Under the pieces are notes generated by a model that did not search any database, had not been told where the DNA came from, and saw only the letters and a program-made list of their open reading frames with translations. A stretch of 64,000 bases of DNA from Takakia lepidozioides. Lineage: Eukaryota > Plantae > Bryophyta. Shown one piece after another: positions 1-12,990 of this stretch (its first letter is position 1; each line of letters starts with the position of its first letter). The stretch is taken from the NCBI GenBank assembly GCA_030704615.1, contig CM060732.1, forward strand, positions 56,420,001-56,484,000, in the 5' to 3' direction. Both the position numbers and the translations under genes were made by a program.

Positions 1-469
1 AGGGTAAGTTTCTTCCAGCCCTCAATCTCAATGAAATGACCTGCAAGGCAAGCAAAAGCTAGACCTGTAGGTACTATGCGCTGAGAAAAAGCAGGGATGA
101 TGAAGTCAACAGGAGAACGTAGCAAAAGGGAATTCTTTGCCACGGGCAGGGGAGGTCCAAACTTCTTACCTGGTGGAGGGAAATGCCATTGGTACAAGGT
201 ATCACCAAGTGGGTGGAACTGGCTCAACCTGGCCCAATTATAATGCAAACCCACTTGCTCCTTCATCTGCTCAGCTTGAAGCTTGAGACGAGAATAGTTG
301 GCCATAGAGGTCCCAACAGCAATAGTAACATGGTTTAGATTCACCTTGTAGGGTTGCCCTTCACCATTGTGAAGACACATCAGATTATTCATGATGTCAA
401 TACTGGCCTCTGCACCCTTCATCCAATCCAGACCCAACAAAACTTGTTCACCCATGGTGACAATGCAGG

Positions 470-1321
470 TCAGCAAGACAGTTTCCCACTAATGCGAATA
501 GGTAAGGTGACTAGCCCAATAGGTTCATAAGCCGTGCCATCAGCTATGGTAACCACAAGGCCATGAGCAGAGCTAATCTTTAATCCAAGAATGCGAACTG
601 TACTAAGTAGAATGGCAGACATGGTACAACCAGTATCAATAACACATGGAAAGGAAAGGTGGCCTACGTGACATTGTGTCACCAATGGGTGGATACGGTC
701 CCGATTGAGATGTTTATAGGCCTCACAATGCATGAGTTTGAAATCACAAGAAAGAACAGCACTTACCAGCGTTCTGGGGTTCTTACCATGGTCATCTGGC
801 ACCCTCACAGACGACCTGGTTTGTTTAAAAGACCCTGTTGTTTTTTGTCCCTTTGTAACTGTTCAATCAGGGCAGGCAAGTCAGATTGGTAAGGGCACCA
901 CCTGGTGTAATGCTTGGTGGATTTGCAAATCATGCAAGCCACCACTGAGGTCCTGGTGTCATGGCGCATGCCAACATGGGCTTTACCTTGAGGCCCCGAT
1001 CTGGCAGGGACTGCAGGATTCCAGCCTACCTCAGCTTTGAAGGCTTGCAGTTCTCCCTGGATTTCATTACGAAAAGATGATAATTGATGCACAATGGAAG
1101 GGACCAGATCTGCTGCAATACCTTTCACCCCAGGGTCCCCATCAGTAGGCTCCACACAGTGACTCTCACTAGCTAGATGAGTGTGTTTCATGGTGGCAAT
1201 TTTAGACAGGCCTGCCTTAGCAGCTTTGACACGTAACCTTTCTTCAATCAATTCCACCATCTCATCTTCAGTGGTGTAAGTGTGTTTTTGCATAAACACT
1301 TTCTTAGCAGGGGGCAAGCCC
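470..1321 (-). pseudogene. Degenerate Ty3/gypsy gag (zinc knuckle) and aspartic protease remnant
   Basis: ORF 805-1317 has a CX2CX4HX4C knuckle (CMICKSTKHYTRWC). ORF 470-808 has the retropepsin motif CVIDTGCTMS and VTIADG. The gag frame is cut at 1321 where a CACTA-type end begins. Confidence 0.8.
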
Positions 1322-1740
1322 CACTAGTACAGATTATCATTTTTATGACTGCAAATATCACTACATTTGCAGTGATAAGTGCAATTATGACTACATCACT
1401 ATACAGTGACAAACACGAAGTCAGTTCTACCATCACTGTGGAGTGATAAGTGCGAAGTGATGGGCATCACTGCAGACGTGGCACCTGCCCAACAACTCAG
1501 AGTGACGTGGGGTATAGTGTTGTAGTCATAATTATACGACTACAAGGCTACATGTCATGACTACACTTACGACTACGTCACTACCGATGAGCGCCAACAT
1601 GGAGAGGTCTCTCCATGACACGTGTGACCCCACGGATGTATATGACTACACTTATGACTATATCACTACTCACTACATCACTGAGGATAACATGTGGCAT
1701 ATTTCATGACTACAAATATGACTCTATCACTATAGCTTTG
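1322..1740 (+). mobile_element. Probable left terminus of a CACTA (En/Spm-like) element with subterminal repeats
   Basis: Starts CACTAGTACAGA exactly where the gag remnant is interrupted, followed by many short direct and inverted motifs (ATGACTAC/GTAGTCAT, ATCACT/AGTGAT). No matching right end was found in the window. Confidence 0.5.
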
Positions 1741-2879
1741 TTCTGGTTTGGTTCTGGTAGGTCATCTAACAATTAGTTTATAAAACCATTAATGCTAATT
1801 TATTTATTAATTTCATGTAAATTTTATTTATCGTTTGATATTCAGATGTGTTTAAATATACAAAGCAATATATTTAATTGAATGAAAGAATTTCACACAA
1901 ATACATCGATTGTCTCTGGAATGTCGCTCATATTGCAAAAATCCAATGGGAAAAATGTTCGCATGGATGCCACAAAGGCTCTACAATCAAGAAGCCTGAA
2001 AGGCCACATGGATAAATAACCAAGCCTCAAAAGCTACAAGTCCCAAAACCCAAGCCCACATAGGGGCAGCAGTCCACTAGTACTCCTACAATTGAAGAGC
2101 TCTATTTATATATCACCACTGTGGCATATTTTCAACTACATTGCATCATGTTTCAGGAGCTTCAGGCTCCAAATTGTGGTGTTTCCTACCGCCTGCCCCA
2201 ACTCTCTCAGAGGAGCATTACTTATGCTCGCCTCTTTGCTGGATAGAGCAGCATAATCGAGTGGCACCACAGGGTACCCGTCACCCACCATGCTCCCTTG
2301 CAGACCAACAAAAAGTCCACATCCAACCTTGGTGCGTTTGCTGTTGACATCAAGTAGCCGAACATGATCTCACACCTTGAACTGTCATCCCAACTCCCAA
2401 ATACATAGAAGTATATATCAAAACTCATTAGAAGTACTAGACTAGCAACTAGCTACATACAATAGCAGCCCAAACGCAACTACTGCTCAGGGGATTGCCT
2501 AAAGGTCAAGGCCACGTGCAGGTAAGCTACCAAGCATTTCTGATCCTCATAATGCAAGATCCACAGGGTATCATAGGTAATCTTGTGCTTGAAATCTGAC
2601 CCCCTTGGATGAATCTGGACCCACACTCTATCTTTGCTCCTTCAGGTATCCATGCCTATGCACAAATGATGCATTCATCCTTGCCTTGCTGCTAGCAGCA
2701 GTGTATATTTGTTCTAGGAAACACCCAACTCAACTTATCACACTAGTTCCTATGCTGATATTGCGTCTGCTACTCTCTGAAATGTAACAGGCATTCACCT
2801 TTTTGCCTCAGTTGTCCCACCATTGACGGGGGTTAGAAAAGTAATCATTCCACAGCTTCTCGTCATTTGCCCCTAAGTC

Positions 2880-3305
2880 TCCAAAGCCTCCATTATGCGC
2901 CCTTGCTATGCATATCCTGCAATCATCACTCCACAATACCACATGTCATTCAGCCATATTGTCGAACACTCCCTTTGCATCCTCAATGCACCCACATTTG
3001 GCATACATATCCACCAGGGCAGTGTTCAGAATGACAGGTGCAATTCCAGATTTGATGATGTCACCATGTATCTCTTTGCCTTTTTCCAGGGCTGCCAGGC
3101 TTGCACAAGCATTGCAAACACACAAACGTGATCTGGTTACACTTCACCCCTTCCCCCATCATTTGCTCATAGGTCTTGCCTCCATCTCGCGGCCTTGCTG
3201 TGCATATCCTGCAAGCATGGCATTCCATGACACTGTATCTTGTTCAGCCATACTATCGAACACTCCCTTTGCATCCTTGATGCACCCACATTTTGGATAC
3301 ATGTC
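2880..3305 (-). pseudogene. PLS-class pentatricopeptide repeat (PPR) remnant, downstream half
   Basis: [38 protein letters not shown] and a second MYAKCGCIEDAKGVFDNMAE-type motif; frameshifted. Continues at 57379 once the retrotransposon is removed. Confidence 0.85.
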
Positions 3306-4349
3306 TGTCGCGCGGCTTTTACTCACCCATCCCTTCGTTATCCGAGGCGGAAACTCCAAGATAGAAGAGTTGGAAATCTCTAAGCACTCAGCCCGCTCAG
3401 AACAATCAGTCATGACCTACAACTAGTGTATCATGGGGGCGTTTCCTATTTGTTTTCCTTCCCGCATTCATGTTAGCTAGTTACCTTACTGTTGGTAATT
3501 AAGTATCAATTTGCTTCAGTAATCTATCGGATTCCATCAACTCATCCATTCATTCCACAGCTTCACTCAGATCTCTCTACACAGTGTGAGTATGAAGTGT
3601 GTATCAGATTAATATCTATCAAGTATCAGGCTGAAGCCATGGAGTCTCTAATTTGCTCTACATTACAATTCTACTGCCTGCATTCATTAAGCATCAACAA
3701 ATCGTCCTCGTCCTACTCCGTGCTCTCCCTCTTTCTCCTCAGAGATCCGCTCTCTGCCTCATTTTCCCCCGTGATGTCCGAAGTCTTCCCCCAAGAAGTG
3801 CTCCTCCCCCTCCTTCCAGCAGTGATTCCCCAAGAAGTGATCCAAAATTGATCCTTTTCCAGTCCTTGCTCCTAGCTTTATCTTCCTACCCGATGTTCTA
3901 ACCGTTTCCCTCACTAACCGTCATCCGTGAACTAACATGTTCCCTTCGCAGGTGTTGTTCCCCACAGTCGTTCCCTGTCCTGCTATCCGTTCCCTATGGT
4001 CGTGACAGCTGTGTCAAGCTGTGACTGGTTGTGTGAAACTGTGATGGACTGTGACCGGCTGTGTCGGGCTGTGACTGGCTGTGCGACTGTGTTTGGCTGT
4101 GTCGGGCTGTGACAGGCTGTGTGGCTGTGTCGGCTGTGACGGGCTGTGTTGGCTGTAATGGGCTGTGTTGGGCTGTGACGAGCTCTGCCGGACTGTGACG
4201 GGCTATGTTGGCTGTGACGGGCTGTGTCACCCCCCCCTAAAGTGCGCTGCTGTCACCCCTAAGGCTCCTGTTGGTCTCAGTCTGTGCAAAAATTAAGGAT
4301 ACCCCACAGATCCCGTATAAGTGTCTAAGTCCCAGACAGTCCTCTAACA
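3306..4349 (-). repeat. 3' LTR of element A (contains GGCTGTG-type tandem repeats ~4005-4230)
   Basis: TGTCGCGCGG...CCTCTAACA; closely similar to 56383-57378. Confidence 0.93.
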
Positions 4350-4352
4350 TTA

Positions 4353-4366
4353 CCCCTTCCCCTCTC
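4353..4366 (-). promoter_or_regulatory. Polypurine tract of element A
   Basis: Minus strand reads GAGAGGGGAAGGGG just before the 3' LTR. Confidence 0.8.
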
Positions 4367-4387
4367 AAAAAGCCGTGTCCTCACGGT

Positions 4388-6549
4388 TTACTGATTGCGA
4401 TTAGCAAACCTTTGTGAACGAGCACATTTCTGACGTTGAGAGTTTCGTGGCGGACTGTGTGTACGAGCCCGAGGTCTATCACTGGTTGACGGAGATGATT
4501 GAACACTACCTGGATATGTGAGGCCCTCTAGAGGCTGATATCGAGGTAACCTTTCAGGCATAGGAGACCCCCGTCGCTTCTTCTCTGCCATCTGAATTGC
4601 ATAGTCTTCTCCCATGTTAAAAGAGTCCGTTGAAGAAATAGTTGTATCAGAATCCTCATCGCCTCTCAGGTGTTTTAATTGTCGAATTTTTTGTGGAATC
4701 CTCTGGGGCATACAATGTTGTCCTACCATGTCTGGAAGTTTAAACTTTAAAACTTGGTGTAAACGCTGAATGGCAAAATTGGTGAAGACCCTGAGCTCCT
4801 TGTCTGTCTAGGTGAGTGGGGTACCAATGACTTGTGAGTTGTGCAAGTATTTCCATGCCTCATGTCCCTTATAGAAAATATCATCAATGCCGAATTTCTG
4901 TGTTGACAAATTGTTCCAGGCCGCATGAAACCATGAACGAATTTGAGAATCCTTTTGTATCATAACTTTTGCCTCATATAGGTACATATGAGGTGGCACT
5001 GAAGGTAATACCCAATGATCCCCACTGGAATAACTCAGAAAGCGCGCTTGCATCTTGTGCTGCTCAATGTGATAACGTACCAAAAAACAAGCAGCGTAGT
5101 ATAGCCCGCATCCCATGACAATACTTGCTACCTCCTTGGTCTTGGTATAAATGAATCCATGTACAATTTGGAAGGCAATTAATTCCTTCAACATGGTACC
5201 GACCTCATGTCAGTACTGTGCAAAGTGATGATCCTCAATGGGTCGATTGTTTGGAAGTACCTTAGTTCTAGTTGCCACTGGCAGCCATATGCGCATGATT
5301 TGATAGTAATGTGCCAATGACTGCGGAGGACTAAATTCTTTCCAAACCAAATCCAACACAATGGGAATTTGGTTGAAGGGCATAATCATAGCCTTACTGT
5401 ACTCTCTTGCAGTTGGAGTTTTAGGTGGGTCAAAAGCAGCATTTCCCCAAACCTCAGGCTGTGGTGGCTGTGGTGTGGCTGTAGTAACAACAGGGTCAGC
5501 TACTAGCACAGTGACTTGTTGTGGTGTTGGTGGCACTGGCTCTTGTATCATTGGCATCTCCTGCACCTGCTGTGAAGAAGACTAAAAAGCCAAAGTTCTG
5601 GCTTGTAAATAAGAAGCCATTAGCTATTCTTCTGGTATATAGACTCTTTTGTCTATATTTGAAGTGAGGTCCTCCACTTGAGTCTGCAGGCCGTCTACAT
5701 CCTCCTGTAACTCCGCTATCCTACTATAGACATTGTCTATAGTAGTTGTGGCAATGTTCTGCACTTGCAGTCTGAGCTCATTCATCTCGCTTTGAGTGAG
5801 CTTTCGTGGTGCTTTGCCCTCCACTGGCCCTTGTGCTAACCAGACCTGCATAAGGTGGTTATCCACCAAGTTGCTTGTGGTTCCTCTGAGAGTGTGCTCC
5901 TCTCTGAGTTTGTACACATCCAACTGCTGTTGTAAAGCCTCCATGCGCTTCGCATGAGGTTCAACCAAATTCGCATAGGCAGCAAGCAGATTATTGGCTT
6001 CCTTCCAAGCTCTGTTAGCGACCGAGATTTCATTTCTATTGGCCATGACCGTTTGTTGCAACTCCAGGATGTGCCTCTCTTGGTCAGCTTCAACCTGCCT
6101 GTATTGCTTGAAAGTATCCTCATTGCGACAGATTGTATTCTTCATATCGACAATGAGTTTCATTTGCTCAACATTCTCTTCCTCTGCCTTCGTACATTTT
6201 TCCGCTTGACTGTTTATTTCTTTTGTAGATTGGTCAAGCATAGTTGTGAGTGTAGCACATTGTATAACCATCCTGTCATGCACTGTCTGCAACTCCATAT
6301 GTAGTGCATTCACTTCTTGCAACTTGCTTTCATGCTTCACCTACATTTGGTATAGCTGTTGCTTATGTTCTTCGTGCAAGTGGTCTTGTGCGAGGCCTGC
6401 CTCAATCAATTGTTCCTTGGCCAATTGCAAAGCCGCTTCTGTACTCTCCAAGTCTTGCTGCATTTTGAGAATGACCTCTTCATCGACCTTGTTTGCACAC
6501 TCTGTGGCAAGTCGAGCCTCAAACTCTTTCCTGAGTTCCTCCCTCAAAG
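4388..6549 (-). pseudogene. C-terminal part of the extra 3' ORF of element A (long coiled-coil, Pro-rich segment), broken by stops
   Basis: ORFs 6341-6549, 5624-6340, 5210-5566, 4808-5194 and 4388-4729 lie in succession. Joins 28503-29769 (..VPTTQLATLR|EELRKEF..) when the DNA transposon is removed. Confidence 0.65.
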
Positions 6550-6558
6550 CGAGGTTTA

Positions 6559-6625
6559 CTATTTCATGAGCAGAAACCATGAGCCATGAGCCATGAGCCG
6601 CATGGGCCGCATGAGCGGTGAGCCG
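6559..6625 (+). repeat. Left subterminal CATGAGC repeats / short imperfect TIR
   Basis: CTATTTCATGAGCAGAAACCATGAGCCATGAGCCATGAGCCGCATGGGCCGCATGAGC; inverted counterpart at 28453-28495. Confidence 0.8.
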
Positions 6626-7402
6626 AAGTCTAAGATACGCGGATTTCATGAGCGGACTCCTCCAAATTTGGAAATGCGGCAGATTAAACAAGTATTAAAA
6701 TAATAGTTTTTTATTTGACCTTGCCGTTTTTGGACGTTCCAGATCATGTAATGCGGCGAAGATATGTCGTCAGTAACAAGTCCGCTCATGGTTTTTTAGA
6801 TCCGCTCATGGAAATAAGTGACCGTGCAACGGGAAATCCAGTATACCACTGCAAAAGGATGTCGCATACTGGCCTATATAGAGTATTCCGCGGTTTTACA
6901 TGCCTTAACATTGGAATGAAGCTGACCCTTTTGCCGCGATTGAACCAATGGAGTCTGCACCAATACAGTCTGCAGTACTTCACAATTCTGTCTTCTTCGG
7001 GTATTCGGCGGGAAAGGGTTTGCAACTGAACTGGGAAATAAGGTGCCGCATTAGGGTTCGCACGTGCGAAATTTCGGAGCGGTTTGGTGTTGGCGAAGGC
7101 CGCCTCTACCAGTACCTACGACGATACTTGGAAATCCGGCGCCGCATTTCCTTGTCGGAGGTCGAATGAGGAAAGCAAGTTTTCGGAAAGCAGAAAAACA
7201 TGAACCCTCCAACATACAAAAATACATGCACGTGGAAGCAAGTGAACGATATAGTAATATCTTAGTTCGAGCAAAACAGGTTACTGGTAGGCAAGACATA
7301 TGTCGGACCTTTCTGTGGCCAGAGTCTGAGGTACTGGCAGCAGTACAGTTCTACTATCCGAAAAGGATGGGCGTACCATTGTATTGGGACCGCAAGTCAA
7401 GC

Positions 7403-7932
7403 TCACTGGTCCCCTGGATCCATATTCAGAAGAGTGTGAACCTCCTGGGGGCTCAACCCTGGTGCATGTATGAAGTGATGAGTTGTGGAATTACAACGGA
7501 GTCTCTTTAGGTACACGTAGTACAAATGCTTGCAAGGGCAGTATGATGCCCCCTTGTTCGCCATGATCTGGAAGTCGGTGCAATTGCAGGTGGGTAATTC
7601 TGAAATGGTGATGGTGTACACCTCATTGCGAACAGCTGAGCCCGCCGTGGCCATCTGATACACACGCCCGAATCCTGGTGGGGGCACTTATGTCGAGCTC
7701 TGGATTGTACAGTTCATCCAAAGTGCATTCCCCATCCTTGTCTCGTTCACTTTTGAGGGAGGTCGCCGCCTCTTCGGTTTCCCCCAACGGTGTGTAGGAT
7801 GCTTAGAGCTGTCGTGTCCCATTGTTCTTGCTCTCACAGGGGTCGGTGGTGGAGGCTGTGGAAGCGGAAATGGTTCTCTGGGGACGTCAGTGCGCTGCAC
7901 CATCCGAAATCCTACGGCGGTAAGGGCGTCGG
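7403..7932 (-). pseudogene. Transposase C-terminus with SWIM zinc finger
   Basis: YTITISELPTCNCTDF...CPCKHLYYV matches the CxC-xn-CxH SWIM motif typical of MULE transposases; separated from the rest by the chromovirus; in-frame stop at 7688. Confidence 0.8.
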
Positions 7933-8658
7933 TGTCGCACACCTCACTCCGGTAAGCTCCCCTTCAAGTCATAGTTACTCGCTTTGATGCGCGCGCCTGA
8001 CTCCCAACCTGGCCGCCCGGGCCAACTTGGAGCTTCGGCTGCTCACCGGGACATAACGGTCCCCCCTTCGGTTCCCTCTAAACCCTCCACCTCTTTGGGA
8101 CTAGGAGAATTCCCTTTGGTAGATGGCAGTCCGGAACAGCTCCCCACTCTTTGGTCGCTTTCCGGCTCGCTCGCTTACTCACTAGTTTTTGGTCACCAAC
8201 GGGCTTGCACCGTTCTCGGGGTTACTACTCCCTATATATACTTCTGTAGCTGTCCGCGGGGGTTTCATAACCAGCCATGCCATTTTATGGCGAACCACCA
8301 CGAAAACCCTCGACTCCCGGTGGTGAGTCGCGGTGAGTCTTGGCCCACTCACCGCGGCCCCAATGGACCGTGATGAGTCCCAAGACTCCCCACGACTCCC
8401 ACCTCGAGGTCTCCACCCCATGGTGAGTCCTATGCCACCCCCCACTAAGTCCCACTAAGCTACCACCACCCCTTGTGGAGCCACCTCCACCGCAACCCGG
8501 TGTGCGGGGCTCCACCTAGTGAGCGCCTCCGCCTCCTTGGGTGCCTTGGGCACTCAAGGGTGCTTCAGCCCCCCATACCTATCGCTGCCGCTGCCCCACC
8601 ACAGGGGCAGCCCCTCATGTGTCCCGACCCCCTGCTCTCAAGGCAAAGGGCCGCGACA
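7933..8658 (-). repeat. Chromovirus 3' LTR
   Basis: Near-identical to 14174-14897; adjoined by purine-rich GGTAGGGGTGTG on the minus strand. Confidence 0.95.
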
Positions 8659-9563
8659 CACACCCCTACCAATAGGGAGTCGATGTCCTCATCGACTTGT
8701 CCATTTTGTAGAAACGAACATCCAAGTTGTGGCGTCCCACATCAAGGAGTTTGTTTCTGTACCATGGCGTCCCATGGCAAAGAACCAAACCCCACACTTG
8801 ACTCTACTCTCCACTAGCTAGTTCGGCCGACTTCCTCCAAGTCCCGGCCAAGGGTGGAGCCTCTCCAGCTCCTCTCAGTGCACTCTTCTTGGCCTACTTC
8901 AAGGCCAAGGAACGATCCTCCCCGAGGATCGAATCGCCTTACTGCAACAATATTGCTTGCGATCGCTCATGATGCCGCTTTTGGCATCACTTTGAGCAAG
9001 GGTTCACCTGGAACCCTCTTTGACTAGGAAGATAACCTTGAACCAACCGTGCGCCCCAATCACTACAATTGGGTCCGCCTTGGAATGCTGGCCTGAGGTA
9101 CGGGAACACGTCGAAGCCGCACTACGACTTCGTCCCGAGGTTACACGATTATAGTACGTGAACGGAAGCACGTAGCTTCCGCGTTAGCCTGCACTACAAG
9201 GCAACCCCCTCGGTAGCGCAGTTATAGTACGCGCACGCGCCAGGTGCGCACTAGCACGTGAACTCCCAAAGAAGGCGCAAGTTTCCTTGCCCCTGGGATG
9301 GGAGTCACCCGATTTCGGCACTGCGCAAACACACGATTACCCAATTTACCTCTCCCACTTTTGTAAGCTAGCATGCATTCTACACACTAGCCAAACACAC
9401 CATGCATCACCATTCCAAACACAATAGGACGCACAATATTTGGAACCCATTTCCTTTATAACAAATGTTTGTACAATACAAGTTTTTGCAATCGGATTCC
9501 TGAGCTAGCTAAATCGGGCTAAGCATGCATTTCCTCCCCCACGCTCCAAGGTTGATGTCCCCA

Positions 9564-11396
9564 TCAACGTTTCTTCCGCTTTTGAGGTCGCCCTTCGAAC
9601 ACTGCAACTGCCTCGGATGCGTTTCCCATTTCTGAGGCACGCACCCAAGATGCCTCCACAAGATGATAGCCCTTCCATTTGACGAGATACTCCGTTTCTC
9701 GGTTCTTGAACCTCCTCGACTTAAGTATTGCCTCCACCTCGTACTCAGGTTCGTTTTCATGATCCAACAGCACAGGTGGCGGACGCAACACTTGCTGCCG
9801 ATTCGGACGTGCTTCATCTTTGAAGTAAGGCTTCAAAAGGGAGACATGGAATACTGGGTGCACCTTGCTGTTTGCCGGCAGCTCCAATTCATACACATCC
9901 TCATTCATAACCCTCCGAATGCGAAAGGGACCCGCATACGGAGGTACGAACTTCGGACTCACTTCCGGAGGTAGTCGAAAATTCTTGATGTTCAACCAGA
10001 CCTCTGTGCCTGCCTCAAACTTCACTTCCCTCCGCTTCCGATTCGCCTGCCTTTCATACCGTTTCCTAGCTTTGGCAATGTTGTACTTTGCGAGCTTCAA
10101 CAAACGCTCGCGTTCTTCCAGTACCGCCGCTACTGCCGGTTCCTCAACGTCCTGGGCGGCCCAACTTGTCGGCACCAGAGGTGCTTTTCCATAGACCAAC
10201 ACAAAAGGGGAAACTCCCGTCGCGGAGTGTTCTGTGTTATTATAACAGAACTCTGCCGCGTCTAAGTGTTCCATCCAGTCTGATTGGTCTGCCGACACGT
10301 AATTCCGCAAGAATTGCTTCACTACGGAATTCACTCTTTCCGTTTGGCCGTCCGTCGTAGGTCGGAAGGCGGTGCTCATCTTCAGCCTCGTCCCCATCTT
10401 CTTCCAAAGTGCTCTCCAGAATTTACTCGTAAACTTTGGATCGCGGTCCGAGACAATATCCTTCGGGACTCCATGATGCTTTAAGACGTGGGCGAAGTAA
10501 AGTCGCCCTGTCTCCTGCGCCGTTGCCGTCTCCTTGGTGGGGATGAAATGGGCCATTTTACTGAACCTATCTACCACCACCATGATTGCATCGAATCCTT
10601 TTGACAGCGGCATAGCAGTCATGAAATCCATCGAGACGCTTTCCCAAGTCCCCTCTGGAATCGGCAAGGGTTGTAACAGCCCCGCTTGCTTTTTGTACTC
10701 GCTCCGGTTTTGTTGGCATGTGGTGCATGTCTTGACATACTCCTCTGCCTCCTCCCTCAGTTTGGGCCAGAAATACTCTTTCTTCAAGAGTGCCGCAGTG
10801 CGCTTGGCTCCACCGTGGCCCGCAAGCGGGCTATCATGGCATTCTCTCAAGAGACTATCCCTGATCCCTCCCTTTGGCACATAGAGACGTTTTTGCTTAT
10901 ACCGGAGCAGTCCGTTTTGCAAGTGGAACTGCGATTTAACCCCCATTCTCAAGTCCTGCATCACGCACTTTGCCAGCTCATCCTTCCGGCAAGCCTTCCG
11001 GATCTTCCTTTGGAGCGCCGTCTCGCCCTTGTACACCAACAAGAGCTGCTGCTTTCTACTTAAAGCATCGGCCACCACATTGTCCCGTCCCGGTTTGTAC
11101 TGGATATCCACGTCGAACACTGCCAAAGTATCTTGCCACCTAAGTTGTTTTGGGGACAACTTGGGCTGCGTGGCAAAATACTTCACCGTGACATTGTCCG
11201 TGAACACCTTCACTGGGTTGGAACCAACATAGTGGCGCCAGAGTTCAAGGCAATGCACCACCGCCTTCATCTCTTTTTCGTGCGTCGGCCACCGTCGCTC
11301 CACTTCATTCAGTTTCTTACTTTCGTAAGCCACTGGACGTCCATCTTGCATAAGTACACCCCCAATTGCGAAGTCCGATGCATCTGTATGAATCAC
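9564..11396 (-). CDS. pol: pol: RNase H, integrase (HHCC, DDE, GPF) and chromodomain
   Basis: [10 protein letters not shown]; ADALSR; H..GH..C..CQ; SMDF, IVSDRD, GQTER; YAGPF; EYEVEAIL...EYLVKWKGY...SW. Confidence 0.95.
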   Translation of the reverse strand: MIHTDASDFAIGGVLMQDGRPVAYESKKLNEVERRWPTHEKEMKAVVHCLELWRHYVGSNPVKVFTDNVTVKYFATQPKLSPKQLRWQDTLAVFDVDIQYKPGRDNVVADALSRKQQLLLVYKGETALQRKIRKACRKDELAKCVMQDLRMGVKSQFHLQNGLLRYKQKRLYVPKGGIRDSLLRECHDSPLAGHGGAKRTAALLKKEYFWPKLREEAEEYVKTCTTCQQNRSEYKKQAGLLQPLPIPEGTWESVSMDFMTAMPLSKGFDAIMVVVDRFSKMAHFIPTKETATAQETGRLYFAHVLKHHGVPKDIVSDRDPKFTSKFWRALWKKMGTRLKMSTAFRPTTDGQTERVNSVVKQFLRNYVSADQSDWMEHLDAAEFCYNNTEHSATGVSPFVLVYGKAPLVPTSWAAQDVEEPAVAAVLEERERLLKLAKYNIAKARKRYERQANRKRREVKFEAGTEVWLNIKNFRLPPEVSPKFVPPYAGPFRIRRVMNEDVYELELPANSKVHPVFHVSLLKPYFKDEARPNRQQVLRPPPVLLDHENEPEYEVEAILKSRRFKNRETEYLVKWKGYHLVEASWVRASEMGNASEAVAVFEGRPQKRKKR

Positions 11397-12258
11397 GGAC
11401 GATCGAACTCCGGGATTTTAAGACTGGAGCTTCCGTCATCCGCTGCTTCAATTCAGCAAAAGCTTGGCCACAAAATGTGTTCCATACCCAGACTTTGGAT
11501 TTACACAGAAGGTCCGACAGCGGCCCCGCGATCTTGGCGAAATTTCTCACATACTTCCGGTAATAGGAGGCGAGTCCTAGGAAGGATCGCACTCCCGGGA
11601 CCGAAGTCGGAGGCTCCCAGTCCAAGATCGCCCTCACCTTTCTGTCATCCATTTTGATCCCATCCTGTGTAATCACGTGCCCCAAGAACTCCACTTTTGT
11701 GACCCCGAATTCGCACTTTGAAGCTTTGGCATACAGCTTCCCTTCTCGCAATTTTTGGAACACCCTTTTGAGGTGCTCCAGGTGCTCCTCCTTTGTTTTC
11801 GAGTACACCAAGATGTCGTCGATGTACACGATCACAAAGTCATCCAACCACTCCTGGAAAAGGCTGTTCATCAGCGTGCTAAATGTCGCTGGTGCATTGG
11901 TGAGCCCAAAAGGCATCACCAAGAACTCATATGAACCATACCTTGTCCTGCACGCGGTCTTCTCCTCATCTCCTTCCGCCACCCGAATTTGGTGATAGCC
12001 GGAGCGCAAGTCGATCCGGCTGAAATACTTCGCTCCTGCCAACCGATCGAAGAGGTCGTCGATCCTTGGCAAAGGGTACCGGTTTTTGATAGTCACCTTA
12101 TTCAGAGCCCTGTAATCGACACACATCCGCAGCGTCCCATCCTTCTTGTCTGCAAATAGCACCGGGGCTCCGTAAGGTGACTTACTCGGCCGGATGTACC
12201 CCTTTGACATTAGATCCTTGAGCTGAGTCTTCAGCTCGACCAACTCTCTGTGGCTCAA
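11317..12258 (-). CDS. pol: pol: reverse transcriptase
   Basis: [40 protein letters not shown]. Confidence 0.96.
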   Translation of the reverse strand: MSHRELVELKTQLKDLMSKGYIRPSKSPYGAPVLFADKKDGTLRMCVDYRALNKVTIKNRYPLPRIDDLFDRLAGAKYFSRIDLRSGYHQIRVAEGDEEKTACRTRYGSYEFLVMPFGLTNAPATFSTLMNSLFQEWLDDFVIVYIDDILVYSKTKEEHLEHLKRVFQKLREGKLYAKASKCEFGVTKVEFLGHVITQDGIKMDDRKVRAILDWEPPTSVPGVRSFLGLASYYRKYVRNFAKIAGPLSDLLCKSKVWVWNTFCGQAFAELKQRMTEAPVLKSRSSIVRDSYRCIGLRNWGCTYARWTSSGLRK

Positions 12259-12990
12259 CCGGTAGGGCGCCTTGGCAGGCGGTCCGATCCCGGTATCACC
12301 TCAATCTTGTGGTCAACTCCTCTTCGCGGTGGCAAGCCGCTTGGTAAATCCTCCGGCATCACATCCTGGTATTTCTCCAAAATCCCCTTGATCCAATCTG
12401 GGCTCGGCTCCCCATCGCCTTCTCCTTTCACTTCTCTAATGTAAAGCAAAAACTGGGACTCGTGTGCCTCCTCCACGGCCCACTCCTTTGCTGATAGAAG
12501 GTTTATTCGCCCTCCCACGGATTTGGGCGTTTCCGACACTCGTAAAACCTCGCCACCATTCCCACATGGCAGCGTGACTACTCTCTTGCGGCCATCTATG
12601 ACCGCTCCGGATTTGCTCAAAAAGGTCATCCCAAAATGAGATCCACTCCATCGATCTCGCAGATAGTGAAGTTCTCACGTCCCTCCCAACTCCCCAGTTG
12701 AAGAGGAACATCAAACGCCAACCTTGTCGCCAACTGAGGTTCTCCTTTGGCAGAGCGCACCTCAATAGAGGCCCCCACGTCACTTGTCGGGAGTCCCAAC
12801 TTTCGCGCCGCCGCCGGCGTCATGAAGGAGTGCGACGCTCCTGTGTCCACCAACAACGACACGTTAGTTCCGGATATTATCCCATCCACGAACAATAACT
12901 GACTCCCTTTTCGCAGGGCGCCAGTTTCCTGATACAACTCACAAGAAAGTTGCCTACCTTGCAAGTCCTGGCGACCACCGCTTCCACCAA
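12255..12990 (-). CDS. pol: pol: aspartic protease and linker (frameshifted)
   Basis: [11 protein letters not shown] ... DLILG|MTFL; single-base frameshift in a G-run near 12627. Confidence 0.85.

Noticed and set aside
1311-1327. Helitron-like 3' end (GGGGC-AA-GCCCC then ACTAGT)
   Set aside because: The hairpin bases belong to the gag frame (GLPP) and the CACTA start; hairpin-to-CTAG spacing is atypical and no 5' TC end was identified.
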